Below are positions 48,574 to 59,503 of a stretch of DNA of 64,000 nt, in pieces. Position 1 is the first letter of the stretch; the number at the start of each line of letters is the position of its first letter. The notes under the pieces are model-generated. The model was not told the DNA's origin, did not search any database, and saw nothing but the letters and a program-made list of their open reading frames with translations. The position numbers were made by a program, and so were the translations under genes. The DNA comes from a virus. Location of the stretch: the UHGV virus genome UHGV-1364187. One strand, given 5' to 3'.

Positions 48574-51030
48574 TTAAATACGAGTTATCTCTATCATGTC
48601 TTCTGGAATACAACTATCATTATAAGTATTGATAACTTTTATATCTAATTCATGTTGGAACATAAAATGGTTTATATCATCAAACTCATAGAATATTTTA
48701 AACCATATTTCTTCTCTGTTAATTCCAATAAATTCTGGATCATCTGGTTTATCTCCAAGATCTAATCCCCAACCAATACTAATTTCATCTCTAATTGGAA
48801 TTTTATCATCTAATGTATTATATACTTCAAACATTGGAGTTTCATCAAACTCAGTGTATGTTTTTACATCAAAAGCACTAATCCATCTCATGGTATCAAT
48901 AACTTTTATTTTATTACCAATAACATCATCAAATCTATACACTGTATTGATCTTGTCTAATTGAATTTTATAAGATTTATAAAAGTTTATTACAGTATAG
49001 ATATATTGTTTTACTACATTACCTATCATTGGCATATTCATGAATAGATAATCAAATTCACTACAATTAATATAATCTTCTAATGAAGATAATATCTCAA
49101 TCATAGTATCAGAAATAGCATTCTCTTTTTCTTTTCCGTCTAATAATCTTATATTACTAATATGATTATAAATATCTATATTATTATATAAGAAGTATTC
49201 TGTATATGTTTTAGCCATACTACCATCTGGTAATTGATATACTTTATTTGATACGTCTGTTACCATTAATGCATTATATATATCTTCATATATTCTGTAT
49301 ATATCAGCATCGTTAGCATTTTTCATTTGATATATAATATGATCATAAATCTTCTTATTAGTAAGGAATATATTAGTTAATTGATTGAATGTAAGAATTT
49401 GTTCTGTTGGTATAATAAATTCATCTATTCCTAGTTGTTCTAAAGTTACATGATTATTCATTAGATATTCTGATAATTTGGTAAAATCTAATTGAAAATT
49501 AAATCCCATAACAGATAATACTTTAGACGGTGCATCAGACACAATATCATCTTGTAAACCTGATTGTTCATAATTAAGTAGATATAAATACATTATAGCA
49601 TGTTTAATATTGATAGATGCTTCTGATATCTTATACACTTTAATATTTAGATTGTCTTCTAAGAATACATCATCCATAATCATATTAAAGAAATAACATG
49701 TTTCAAATGTAAGTTTATCCATTTCATATATAGTATCTATAGATAAGTATTTACTTCTTTCTATATTAAATTCTCTAGATATGATTTGTTTATATATAGT
49801 ATCTTTATCATTACCTCCACACCAGAATGGATCATCCTTTGTCATATCCTCATATGATACATAACATTTATCATCTCTGATATAGTTATCAAGTATACCA
49901 TCTATTGGAACTTTGATAAATTTAAGTTCAAAATTATTTACATAATCATCAACAGTTTCATATTGACCAGTTTCTTGATTGATTTCTGTAACCGTATCAA
50001 ATAAATATTCACCGTTTTCATCAACTTTTCTAGCTCTAAGAATATAATATTTAAACAATTCTACATTCTTAAATCCGAATAATGAACATATATCAACCAT
50101 GTTCTTTGTAGTAGATTTAAATGTAAGAAGAGTATTCATATTCTTTAACATCGCTAATTGATATTTCATAGGTATTTCCTCAAAATATGTTATACCACTT
50201 GATTCAAATATATATTTTACAGTTCTAAGATCAAATACATCTTTACGAATAATCATATCTGGTATATCCATTAATAAATCACACATAGCTTGAATCTTTA
50301 TGAAGATTATTATAAATTTATTATAATAATCATTTTTATAAAGCATAGCATCTTTATATAAACATGTAAGAGCATAAGTTCTTGCATTCTCTATTTTTTC
50401 CCTATATCTATTCTTTATTTCTGTTATAGATACTTGTGGCATATAAATAATACCAAATCTAGGTAATGTTCTTAATAGATATGGATCTATACTTAATGAT
50501 CCTAAATAATTAAGATATTCAGCATCAGGATATAATTCTCTATATTTATCTAATATACCCAATCCTTCTAATACATTTAATTCACTAGTAGTCATTTTAT
50601 GTAATGGTATTTTATTATTAACACCAGCTATTTGTTCCGTTATTTTTATACCATCATCATCCAACGGTGGTAATCCACAAAATGTTCTATAATAATCATT
50701 CTGTTCTTCATAATTATTTATAAAATCTCTAACAGCAATTTTTAATAATTTATCATGGTATTCTTTTGGAATATTAGCATGGAATACATATGGATCATCT
50801 GCTGTTAGTCCAACCTCATTAAGCTGAGCTACAGTATAATTAAACATATCAAATGATGCTAAACCTCTTCTACATTGTATATATGTATTTGCAATTCTTG
50901 ATATGTCTAATGTTTCGTATTTTCCGACTTCATCTTCATCTTTTAATATAGTATCCATCATTAATGTTTTCCCTACATGTATTAACGTGTCTACCATAGG
51001 ATAATCTGTTTCTATTTTATTATATGACAT
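48574..51030 (-). CDS. large hypothetical protein (ORF to 51087; likely start MSYNKIETD after AAATGGAGG)
   Basis: about 818 aa. Confidence 0.5.
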   Translation of the reverse strand: MSYNKIETDYPMVDTLIHVGKTLMMDTILKDEDEVGKYETLDISRIANTYIQCRRGLASFDMFNYTVAQLNEVGLTADDPYVFHANIPKEYHDKLLKIAVRDFINNYEEQNDYYRTFCGLPPLDDDGIKITEQIAGVNNKIPLHKMTTSELNVLEGLGILDKYRELYPDAEYLNYLGSLSIDPYLLRTLPRFGIIYMPQVSITEIKNRYREKIENARTYALTCLYKDAMLYKNDYYNKFIIIFIKIQAMCDLLMDIPDMIIRKDVFDLRTVKYIFESSGITYFEEIPMKYQLAMLKNMNTLLTFKSTTKNMVDICSLFGFKNVELFKYYILRARKVDENGEYLFDTVTEINQETGQYETVDDYVNNFELKFIKVPIDGILDNYIRDDKCYVSYEDMTKDDPFWCGGNDKDTIYKQIISREFNIERSKYLSIDTIYEMDKLTFETCYFFNMIMDDVFLEDNLNIKVYKISEASINIKHAIMYLYLLNYEQSGLQDDIVSDAPSKVLSVMGFNFQLDFTKLSEYLMNNHVTLEQLGIDEFIIPTEQILTFNQLTNIFLTNKKIYDHIIYQMKNANDADIYRIYEDIYNALMVTDVSNKVYQLPDGSMAKTYTEYFLYNNIDIYNHISNIRLLDGKEKENAISDTMIEILSSLEDYINCSEFDYLFMNMPMIGNVVKQYIYTVINFYKSYKIQLDKINTVYRFDDVIGNKIKVIDTMRWISAFDVKTYTEFDETPMFEVYNTLDDKIPIRDEISIGWGLDLGDKPDDPEFIGINREEIWFKIFYEFDDINHFMFQHELDIKVINTYNDSCIPEDMIEITRI

Positions 51031-51139
51031 TATATTTACCTCCATTTCATTTATCAATTTACTTATATGTAAAAATGTTCTAAACATATGATATTACAAC
51101 ATAATAGTAAATTGATATAGAAAGAGGTGTAAAAAAAAT

Positions 51140-51802
51140 ATGAATGAATTTCCAGGAATAAAAATATTCGAAGGTATAAATCCAACATTAACTTCGCCTT
51201 ATTCCCCATTTTCATTGTCTTTTTATCAAACAAGAAAAACATTGATTGATATAGATCTATATCAGCGATTTTTATCTAATGCTATAAAACAATTCAGGGG
51301 AACAGAAGTTTATAAACATTATAAAGCGTTCTTGATGGGATTAGGATTAGATAAGTCACAAATGCATTCTAATATAAATTCAGAAATGGCTAATTTAGAA
51401 ATGCATCATAATGTTCTTACAATATTTGATATAGCTATTATTCTTACTGAGCATACATTAAATCAATATGGATATATATCATCATTTGATTTAGTAAACA
51501 TGCTTAGAAAAGAACATACCGAACATAGAGTACAACTTATCATGATTGATTTAACGACTCACCAATTATTTCATAATACTGGAGAAATATATTTTCATCC
51601 AAATATGTGTGTTGGAAATTGGTGGGAATTCTTAGAATTATACAAAGATGGTGTAACACCAGATATAGCTAAAAAAGTTATAAAATATATAGATAGAGCT
51701 GAAGAGTTAGAAGGTTCTATTGATGGTAAGTATTCTGAACTTAGAAAAAATGTAAAAGATTGGAGTGTTTATAATGAGTCCTTCAAGCATAATGAATTTT
51801 AG
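51140..51802 (+). CDS. hypothetical protein
   Basis: 220 aa; AACA-N6-TA string about 30 nt upstream. Confidence 0.45.
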   Translation: MNEFPGIKIFEGINPTLTSPYSPFSLSFYQTRKTLIDIDLYQRFLSNAIKQFRGTEVYKHYKAFLMGLGLDKSQMHSNINSEMANLEMHHNVLTIFDIAIILTEHTLNQYGYISSFDLVNMLRKEHTEHRVQLIMIDLTTHQLFHNTGEIYFHPNMCVGNWWEFLELYKDGVTPDIAKKVIKYIDRAEELEGSIDGKYSELRKNVKDWSVYNESFKHNEF

Positions 51803-52235
51803 TAATATTCTTAATATTGTAACTATAATAATGTCACTATATATGATACATTTTTTAAATTGCATGCTAAAATATGTAAACGATAAAAACAAAATTAGAA
51901 AATATGAGATTGATATAAACTGTAAAGTTACACAACAAGAAGTTGAAGAGGAATTGGATGGATTTATTAGAGCTAGATGGGAAGAATATTTTATTTGTAA
52001 ATTAGGATGGAAAGAAACATATGCTCCTAATTCTAAAGAACAAGAAAAAGTGTTATCAGATATGGCAACTATTATAAGTTGTACAATATCACCATTATTA
52101 ATGACAAGATTATCACGTTTTTATAATCCTGAAAAAGATAAAGATGGAGTATCTGGTATTGATAAAGTAATAGCCGAAAAAATCCATATTATTGTTCTAA
52201 ATTATAGCTTAGAAAACAGTAAACCTACAAAATAG
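51765..52235 (+). CDS. hypothetical protein with N-terminal hydrophobic segment
   Basis: 156 aa, overlaps upstream gene. Confidence 0.4.
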   Translation: MFIMSPSSIMNFSNILNIVTIIMSLYMIHFLNCMLKYVNDKNKIRKYEIDINCKVTQQEVEEELDGFIRARWEEYFICKLGWKETYAPNSKEQEKVLSDMATIISCTISPLLMTRLSRFYNPEKDKDGVSGIDKVIAEKIHIIVLNYSLENSKPTK

Positions 52236-52266
52236 ATAAAAAATAAAGGTATATAGTCTAAAATGA

Positions 52267-53064
52267 CTATATACCTTTATTTGTTAGTATTCTCATATAA
52301 TATGAAAGAATCATTTCCATAATTCTTCTATTATATGATATATCCATTATATTTGGATCAAATGAATATAACTCTTGTAATCCATAATTCATATAAAACG
52401 GACTATTTATTCTAAATAAACTAGAGTCATTGAATTCTCTATAGAAACCAGGTTCTACTCTAAAATTCATATATTCATTAAGAAAATTAGATAGAATTTG
52501 CACTGCGTCCAATATATTCAGTTCAGCAGCTTCAAATACACACTTGAGTAATTCGATAAAGTAATTTTCATGTACTGGTAATATTTGATCAGATATACCT
52601 TTCACATCAAAATTCTCTAACATTCTTACTCTATCACAAAAATAATAGTATTCATATCTGAATATTCTGTAAAATGATGTGTATATATTCTTACATACAA
52701 ATTCCACTTTATCAAAAGTAGTATATCTTGGTTCTTTTGATATTACAAATATAGCATCTTTTCTTATAGCTAATACTTCTTCATCTTGAATACCATTAGC
52801 TTCAAAAAACATTTGTCTATATTCCTTAAATCCATTATTAAGTTCTTTCTTTATAACTTCATTATCTCTTTGTAGCTTTCCAATCACAATACTTCTATCT
52901 TTGAGAGAAGCATAATAATCGTACTCACTTTGAGATATAAGTCCTTTTGATAAGAGAATACTGATATTAGCTTTCCTCATATCATATTCTCTTATATAAG
53001 TAGATATAAGGAAATCTATATCTTTATTAATATAGACGTCCTTCAGGTAGCTCCGTGACACCAT
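52267..53064 (-). CDS. hypothetical protein
   Basis: 265 aa; AAGGAGG RBS embedded in the 3' end of the upstream gene. Confidence 0.45.
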   Translation of the reverse strand: MVSRSYLKDVYINKDIDFLISTYIREYDMRKANISILLSKGLISQSEYDYYASLKDRSIVIGKLQRDNEVIKKELNNGFKEYRQMFFEANGIQDEEVLAIRKDAIFVISKEPRYTTFDKVEFVCKNIYTSFYRIFRYEYYYFCDRVRMLENFDVKGISDQILPVHENYFIELLKCVFEAAELNILDAVQILSNFLNEYMNFRVEPGFYREFNDSSLFRINSPFYMNYGLQELYSFDPNIMDISYNRRIMEMILSYYMRILTNKGI

Positions 53065-53551
53065 TATGCAATGCCTCCTTAGCTATATACTTTACGTAAT
53101 TTTCTTTATCAATATCAAAGTTATACAACCCATTAACAGACATTGACATATTATATTGTGTAGGTGTAAAGTTATAATCTTCAACATCATTGATCATAAT
53201 GGGAATAACTCCATATCTATGTTGTATAAATTTATATACAGATTCTATAATAGCATCAAAATATCCACCATTATCCCTATAGACAAGAAGATATATATTT
53301 TTACCTTCATAAAATGGCATCATCGCTTTCATTAACTCATTTATACCATTTGATTGTAAAATATAGTTTGCATAATTTATATCAAATTCTCTTTCTTTTC
53401 CTTCTTCTAATATAAAAGAACCAGTAGGTATTATATTCAATCTCTCAAATCCTTCTAAAGGACTTAAGAGATTGAATACTAAAAGGTTCTTTACATATGG
53501 TTCTCCAGTTTGAAAATCAACTAATGTAGTATGATCTCCTATGAAAATCAT
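53027..53551 (-). CDS. hypothetical protein
   Basis: 174 aa. Confidence 0.45.
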   Translation of the reverse strand: MIFIGDHTTLVDFQTGEPYVKNLLVFNLLSPLEGFERLNIIPTGSFILEEGKEREFDINYANYILQSNGINELMKAMMPFYEGKNIYLLVYRDNGGYFDAIIESVYKFIQHRYGVIPIMINDVEDYNFTPTQYNMSMSVNGLYNFDIDKENYVKYIAKEALHNGVTELPEGRLY

Positions 53552-53599
53552 AAATAATCACCTCTAAAAGAATCAATAATGTTCATGATTAATCTCTCC

Positions 53600-54265
53600 T
53601 TATCGTTGAATTATAGCTGGAATTTGTAATTGTTGATTATTATAACCAACAGCCATTCTTAAGAAGTATTGATTATACTCTTGTAATGTATAATTTGATG
53701 GTACTGGAGGATTTAATTCTCTAATAAGTTTAAGAATTAGCCCATCATTAAATTCTACAGTAGGAACCATCTTCCAAGCTTCAAATAAATCATGACTTGT
53801 ATATAAATCAAACATATATAATGTCATTGCTATATTAATGAAGTAATTTTGCATCCAACTAAATTGAATATATTGATCTCCACATACGATACCAAATGTC
53901 TGTGCTAAATATGCTTTAAATACATTTACATAATTCGTCTGTGCTTCATCTGGTGTTGCGTATAATATAATATTCTTTCCTATAGTTAATGCTTTAAGAA
54001 TACTAGCTATATAGTCCATGCACTCTTTTCTATTTAAATGCTCATAATACATTGTACAAAAACCGTCCATATCATTATTAACTTCGTGCATAAAACATTC
54101 GTAAGTTGGTGTTAATATACTAGCTACCAATGCTCCACATTGATTTACAAATTGTGGATCTACATTTTGACTAATTGCCACAACCACATTATTCTGTGGA
54201 TCTTGTCTAACGAAATCAAATACTACATTAGTATCTGATGTAAAATAAAGTGTTCCTGTAATCAT
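53600..54265 (-). CDS. hypothetical protein
   Basis: 221 aa. Confidence 0.45.
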   Translation of the reverse strand: MITGTLYFTSDTNVVFDFVRQDPQNNVVVAISQNVDPQFVNQCGALVASILTPTYECFMHEVNNDMDGFCTMYYEHLNRKECMDYIASILKALTIGKNIILYATPDEAQTNYVNVFKAYLAQTFGIVCGDQYIQFSWMQNYFINIAMTLYMFDLYTSHDLFEAWKMVPTVEFNDGLILKLIRELNPPVPSNYTLQEYNQYFLRMAVGYNNQQLQIPAIIQR

Positions 54266-54266
54266 A

Positions 54267-54572
54267 TTAATTCTCCTCTCCTAAATCACAAGTTCCAATA
54301 CATTGTGGACATCCATACATTTTAATATAATCATCTTTACCTAATCTTTTAATACACACATAATGGTCGTTTTTCCAACCAATTCTATCGTCACTAAAAC
54401 TGTCTTCTTTAATCACAATATCATCTATATCAAATAATAAATCACCATTATTAGGTCTCCAGTATGTGTCTACAATATATTGTTTCATTTCTTCTATTGT
54501 ATTAAAGTATTTAACACATTTCATTGACTCTTCTAACATATGCCTAACTGGACGATATTTAATCATATACAA
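54267..54572 (-). CDS. hypothetical small protein with C-terminal CPQC...C motif
   Basis: 101 aa. Confidence 0.4.
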   Translation of the reverse strand: MYMIKYRPVRHMLEESMKCVKYFNTIEEMKQYIVDTYWRPNNGDLLFDIDDIVIKEDSFSDDRIGWKNDHYVCIKRLGKDDYIKMYGCPQCIGTCDLGEEN

Positions 54573-54608
54573 TTCCCCCCTTATTTTTTATATAAAATAG
54601 AGAACTTT

Positions 54609-56036
54609 TTATAAGTTCTCTAATCTTCTTTGATTAACTTTCTTTTTGTTTGGTACAAAGTTTTTAAGACTATCCTCTTTATCAGATTTTGTATCATCTT
54701 CATCTTGTTCGTCTTCATCTTGTTCTATCTCTTCTGTAGGTTCTAATCCATAAGAAGAATAATCTGGTTCTTCATCATCAGAACCCATCATTGCATCTTG
54801 AATAGATTTTGGATCTAAAGAAACATTATCATCTTCATCATCTTTTGTTACACTATATGTTTCTCTATCGTCTTGATAGAAATAATCATTCTTCTCTCTA
54901 GCAGAATAATCAGTTCGTGTTTCATGGTATTCATATGTGGTTGGTTCTGTATAATATGGCATTGTTGTTTGAATATTTTCTTGTTTTATAAAGTCTTTAA
55001 GAGCATCTCCAACAACATCACCAATAGTTTGTTGTGTATTATCTTCAATAACTCCAATAGGACCACGTTCTTCTTGTTTCTTTCTTTGTTCCTCTTTTTG
55101 TTTTCTTCGTTGTTCTTGTTCATATTTCTTAATTTCTTTAGGTGTCATCTTAACTTTTCTTGTTTTAATTACACCTGCAACTTCTTTCTCTTGAATAGTT
55201 TCTGTAGAACCATCAGATTCTGACATAACTTTTCCTCCAATAACTAATTGTGATACTAAACTCATATCATTCTCCTCCTTCATAATTTTTATTTCTTGCT
55301 TATGAATTGCACTAGCTAATTTTCTAGCTTGATAATGCATTCCACATTTTGTGCAATATAAATGATTAAATCCTTCATCGTAGTCTATTTCACCACCACA
55401 AGGAAATCCATTTATCATATTATTACAATATAATTTAGAGCCATCTAATTCAAATAGCATTGCATAATCTATTAAGACAACTCCAAAACCAGGTCTTACT
55501 CCATAGTTAAACATATAATTAGTTCCTATATCTTCCATAACATACTTACCCAATATCTTAGTAGTTATAAGATCATATATGTCTGGTGCTATAGATATAT
55601 ACTCTTCTCTTGATTGAACAGCTTTTACTCGTTCATAATTACCAACTACACCAGTATTTGCCTCTACCTCAAATGATTTACATACGTAAGGTTTAATAAA
55701 ATTCTGATTATAGTTTTCAGCATAGTTAGCCTTAATACCAACTTTATCTAAAGCTATTTTAAAACAATTTACATTACATTCATATGGTGCATATACTACT
55801 CTATTAGTACCACCACCTATTTTATGACATCCTCTTTTTATAAGTAATTGATTAATCATATCCTTCTTTTGATCAATCTTAGATGCATATTTTACAGAAT
55901 TGACTATCCATTGTAATGAATCTATATCATTATAATCTAACCAATTATATAGACTCGGTGCAGCCAATGTTTCAAAATTAAATTCTAATGGGGACATTTC
56001 TTTAGAATATAATATTGATCTAGGATTAAGTTTCAT
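54609..56036 (-). CDS. atypical protein-kinase-like fold protein with zinc ribbon and highly charged KE/DE-rich C-terminal region (tentative)
   Basis: Gly-rich loop IGGGTNRVVY, FKIA lysine, DIGTNYMFN and VVLIDYAML (DFG-like); CTKCGMHYQ; QEQRRKQKEEQRKKQEE and acidic tail. Confidence 0.3.
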   Translation of the reverse strand: MKLNPRSILYSKEMSPLEFNFETLAAPSLYNWLDYNDIDSLQWIVNSVKYASKIDQKKDMINQLLIKRGCHKIGGGTNRVVYAPYECNVNCFKIALDKVGIKANYAENYNQNFIKPYVCKSFEVEANTGVVGNYERVKAVQSREEYISIAPDIYDLITTKILGKYVMEDIGTNYMFNYGVRPGFGVVLIDYAMLFELDGSKLYCNNMINGFPCGGEIDYDEGFNHLYCTKCGMHYQARKLASAIHKQEIKIMKEENDMSLVSQLVIGGKVMSESDGSTETIQEKEVAGVIKTRKVKMTPKEIKKYEQEQRRKQKEEQRKKQEERGPIGVIEDNTQQTIGDVVGDALKDFIKQENIQTTMPYYTEPTTYEYHETRTDYSAREKNDYFYQDDRETYSVTKDDEDDNVSLDPKSIQDAMMGSDDEEPDYSSYGLEPTEEIEQDEDEQDEDDTKSDKEDSLKNFVPNKKKVNQRRLENL

Positions 56037-56042
56037 TATTCA

Positions 56043-56846
56043 TCATCCCCTTGGTATAGAATTTAAGAAAGCCATTTTCTTTCTTTGTAATTGTTCTTGT
56101 ATTGACGCTGGTGGAGCTATTTCCATATCATCAATACTAGTATTTTGCATAGTATTATTCTTATTGTAAATACTACCGAAATAATTTGATTGATTATGCA
56201 TATTAAGTAATTTATTATATGCTTCTCTATTATATAGATTATTAAGTTGTCTTTGCTGCATACGAAGTTGTTGTTCGTTTAGTCTTATAGCTTCTTCTCC
56301 GTATGATTCAAAGAAATCTGATAATCCACAATCCCCTAATTGATTATCCATACGTTCTCTTTCTCTACACATATTCGTATATTGATTTTGTTGTTGTATA
56401 GGGTATTGTTCATTCATAGTTCTAATACTCATTAGTCTCATAGTATTTTGATCTTCTCTTTGATCATCTGTCATTCTTTGTTCTTGAATAAATTGAGGAT
56501 CATACTGTTTTAGATGTTCTTCCATATCATCTTTATGAAGCCCCAATGCCTTATTAACTCTTTTACTGACTTCTTTAAACTGATTTGCATTTTGGATTTG
56601 TGCTTGCCTCATTTGTGCTTCCATTTGTCTCTGTCTTTGTTGAGCCAAATAAGGATTATACAATCCAGTATGCATACCACCATAATACTGACCCATTCCC
56701 ATCATTTGATTTGGTGGTTGATTGTAACCCGTTCCCATATTAACCATATTGCCTATAGATTGAGGCATCATGGGGTGTTGATATGGTATATTCATTTGAT
56801 TTTGTTGATGAAATGCACTCATTATAGGTGAATTATAATTAATCAT
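56043..56846 (-). CDS. Q/N/M/P/G/Y-rich low-complexity (prion-like) protein
   Basis: N-terminal half is compositionally biased (e.g. NQMNIPYQHPMMPQSIGNMVNMGTGYNQPPNQMMGMGQYYGGM) plus QRQRQMEAQMRQAQIQ. Confidence 0.5.
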   Translation of the reverse strand: MINYNSPIMSAFHQQNQMNIPYQHPMMPQSIGNMVNMGTGYNQPPNQMMGMGQYYGGMHTGLYNPYLAQQRQRQMEAQMRQAQIQNANQFKEVSKRVNKALGLHKDDMEEHLKQYDPQFIQEQRMTDDQREDQNTMRLMSIRTMNEQYPIQQQNQYTNMCRERERMDNQLGDCGLSDFFESYGEEAIRLNEQQLRMQQRQLNNLYNREAYNKLLNMHNQSNYFGSIYNKNNTMQNTSIDDMEIAPPASIQEQLQRKKMAFLNSIPRG

Positions 56847-56877
56847 TATATCTAAACCTCCTTTAGATTATATCTCT

Positions 56878-56906
56878 CATATATATAATATATAATTAAA
56901 ATAATT
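56878..56906 (-). promoter_or_regulatory. early-promoter-like motif copy
   Basis: TCATATATATAATATATAATTAAAATAAT then hairpin 56905-56933. Confidence 0.45.
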
Positions 56907-57012
56907 AATGCTCAATGAAAAATAGAGCATTAATATTTCCTATAAGTATAAGTTATGAGGGGTTTAAAAAATAAAACTAGAGAGATTTTACACTCTCTAG
57001 TTTTTTATTAAT

Positions 57013-57708
57013 TTATTCTGGCATTTCTTCAAATTCTATTTGTTGAAACTTACTGCTAAAAATGATACGGTCTTTATACAATTCACTATATTCTTTTACC
57101 ATAGCTACAAGTGATTTTGGTAATGTATATGATAGACTATTCATAAATCTATTAAAATTAACAATATCCTTTTCACAGTCTATTCTATTAAGGCACATAT
57201 CATATATACATGATAATACATATACACTATATTCATACATATACGTTTCATCAATTTGTTCTATACAACATTGTCTATAAATATATTGATCTAGATTATT
57301 AAGAATCATATCTAAAGTTTCTCTTGTAGTAAATAACTCTTGTGGATTTCTTGATGGTTCTCTATTATATAGTGGATTATCATCACAATCATACACACTA
57401 TGACCATTGATATTGTATAAAGTTCTATCACAATCACCTACAGGGTTATTAACTAAATTGAATGCTGTAATACATAGCATTTTTATAGTACTAAATAATT
57501 TATGTGAAAATATATTATTTGGTAAGGATTTCAAAGAATAGTTTTCAGTAATAATAGGATCATTATTTGATATATTATCTTCGTATTCACTAAATGGACT
57601 CATTATAGCAAACAATTTATTGTCTGGTGTTCCTATTTGTGGAGCAATAATTACTGCTGGTGTTACCATTTCTTTTTTATTTACTTTTACTTCGTTCTTT
57701 TTACTCAT
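57013..57708 (-). CDS. hypothetical protein with N-terminal MVTPAVIIAP tag
   Basis: 231 aa. Confidence 0.45.
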   Translation of the reverse strand: MSKKNEVKVNKKEMVTPAVIIAPQIGTPDNKLFAIMSPFSEYEDNISNNDPIITENYSLKSLPNNIFSHKLFSTIKMLCITAFNLVNNPVGDCDRTLYNINGHSVYDCDDNPLYNREPSRNPQELFTTRETLDMILNNLDQYIYRQCCIEQIDETYMYEYSVYVLSCIYDMCLNRIDCEKDIVNFNRFMNSLSYTLPKSLVAMVKEYSELYKDRIIFSSKFQQIEFEEMPE

Positions 57709-57720
57709 ATTACATTCCTC

Positions 57721-58176
57721 CTATAAATTAGATTTAATAAATAATAGATCATTCTTAATACTATTAAGAATGATTGATAGTTTGGTTAAACTACTAATTT
57801 GATTGTCGTTAAATTTAAATACATGTTTCAGTATCTTTTTAATCTCATTTTCTAGCATAACCATAATCAGATCAATACCAATTTCATCAATCTGAACTGA
57901 TTTGATTGATAGATTATCTAGAATATTATTAACAACGTTGAATTTATCTACAGTAGATTCTAACGGATTAAATAATCTATAGAGATGGTTACTAACAACA
58001 TTATTAGCAACTATTGATTTGTATACAGCATTAATAGTAATACCATTAGGATATTTACCATTAAGTGTATAGATTTTATTAAGATAATCGGAGATATCAG
58101 TTTTCATAACTAATACCCCACAACTATCACCACTACAATCTGAACTATTACCATAACCATAAATACTATTATACAT
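57721..58176 (-). CDS. hypothetical protein (ORF to 58236; likely start MYNSIYGYG after AGAGGAGGAG)
   Basis: 151 aa. Confidence 0.4.
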   Translation of the reverse strand: MYNSIYGYGNSSDCSGDSCGVLVMKTDISDYLNKIYTLNGKYPNGITINAVYKSIVANNVVSNHLYRLFNPLESTVDKFNVVNNILDNLSIKSVQIDEIGIDLIMVMLENEIKKILKHVFKFNDNQISSLTKLSIILNSIKNDLLFIKSNL

Positions 58177-58906
58177 ATCTTCTCCTCCTCTTAATTTGTG
58201 TTTTATAATTATCCATATTGACTGTTGTATTATCAATATAGAAATTAGCTGGAATTTGATAATCTTCTCTACAAAATCTTTGATGATAAGAATCTTGTAG
58301 AATAAAATTATCTAGATCTTGTTTTGTTTGTACATCTACCATATCATTATATTCTGATATGACTTGAATTAGTAATGGATCTACTATACGTATCCCATTG
58401 CTTTTTGTAAAACATTCACTAGCTTTCTTTTGTGAAGCTGGTGAATGATTAACATGTCCTTTTTGATGGTAAAAATTAGCATATAAATTATTATAGTATA
58501 TAGCACAGAATAACTCAATAATGAATTGTTCATTCTTTACTTCTTGTCCACTAGAATTATACATATGACCATTATACATACAATTTATCCAACTAAATAT
58601 CCATTTAGTAATTCCATATATACAATATTGACTATCACCAAAGATATTAATCTTATATCCAATTCTATAATAATCAATAGCTCTATATACAGCAAGTAAT
58701 AATGCTCTATTTTCTGTCATATTATTAGTACAATCCCTAAGTATATAAGACTTATAATCGACTACATTTCGATTTCCATATTCATCTGTTAAAACACATA
58801 CAGCTCCTGGACATCCTATAGTCTCTCCTGTTGATTCTACCTTATGAATAGAACCATCACAAAATATATTACATGTTTCTGGATTGAAAATGTCTCTATA
58901 ATCCAT
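58169..58906 (-). CDS. rnhA-like: ribonuclease H (RNase HI family)
   Basis: IFCDGS...GCPGAVCVL...TNNMTENRALLLAVYRAI...INIFGDSQYCIYGITKWIFSWINC...KGHVNH pattern matches the RNase H DEDD core. Confidence 0.7.
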   Translation of the reverse strand: MDYRDIFNPETCNIFCDGSIHKVESTGETIGCPGAVCVLTDEYGNRNVVDYKSYILRDCTNNMTENRALLLAVYRAIDYYRIGYKINIFGDSQYCIYGITKWIFSWINCMYNGHMYNSSGQEVKNEQFIIELFCAIYYNNLYANFYHQKGHVNHSPASQKKASECFTKSNGIRIVDPLLIQVISEYNDMVDVQTKQDLDNFILQDSYHQRFCREDYQIPANFYIDNTTVNMDNYKTQIKRRRRYV

Positions 58907-58925
58907 ATTATATTTACCTCCTTTT

Positions 58926-58954
58926 CATATATATAATATATAATTGAAAAATAG
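58926..58954 (-). promoter_or_regulatory. early-promoter-like motif copy
   Basis: CATATATATAATATATAATTGAAAAATAG then hairpin 58955-58981. Confidence 0.5.
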
Positions 58955-58981
58955 CTTAGATAACCAAAAAGGTTATCTAAG
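58955..58981 (-). terminator. hairpin
   Basis: cttagataacc/ggttatctaag. Confidence 0.5.
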
Positions 58982-59038
58982 TTTAATGAGATTATTACGA
59001 GTGGAAAAAGTTAATTATAATCACCTATTACAAAAATG

Positions 59039-59503
59039 TTATTTACATTTTTTAAGTTTAACTTTTTTACCTAAGTTCTTAATCTTTTTCTTCACGTTTT
59101 TGATTTTATTTTTAGCTTTGCATTTTCCTGCTTCAGATTGACATCCACTAGCTTCTTTTGCACAAGCTTCAATAAAAGCTTCAAATTGTGCTTTTGATGG
59201 GATAACAACAGCTACAGTATTAATATCCATATCGATTCCATTAGCTTCACAAATTTTACATAAAGCTTTATATTCATCACATTCTGAGTAACTTTCTGAT
59301 AAATATTTTGTCACTTCAACTAATTCATCTAACCCAATACAATATTCATTCTGTGCTGTTCTAATAACTCTTGCTGTTTCTGGTGTTACTTCTAATGATA
59401 CCTCTTCTTCAACAGTTGCATATACATCATCAGTATTATATAATTCTTGATCTTCATCTGAAACTGTTGTACTTTCTAAAATACTTCTAAGATAAGAATT
59501 CAT
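59039..59503 (-). CDS. hypothetical protein, acidic N-terminus, Cys-rich core, poly-basic C-terminal tail
   Basis: C-terminal KAKNKIKNVKKKIKNLGKKVKLKKCK. Confidence 0.4.
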   Translation of the reverse strand: MNSYLRSILESTTVSDEDQELYNTDDVYATVEEEVSLEVTPETARVIRTAQNEYCIGLDELVEVTKYLSESYSECDEYKALCKICEANGIDMDINTVAVVIPSKAQFEAFIEACAKEASGCQSEAGKCKAKNKIKNVKKKIKNLGKKVKLKKCK

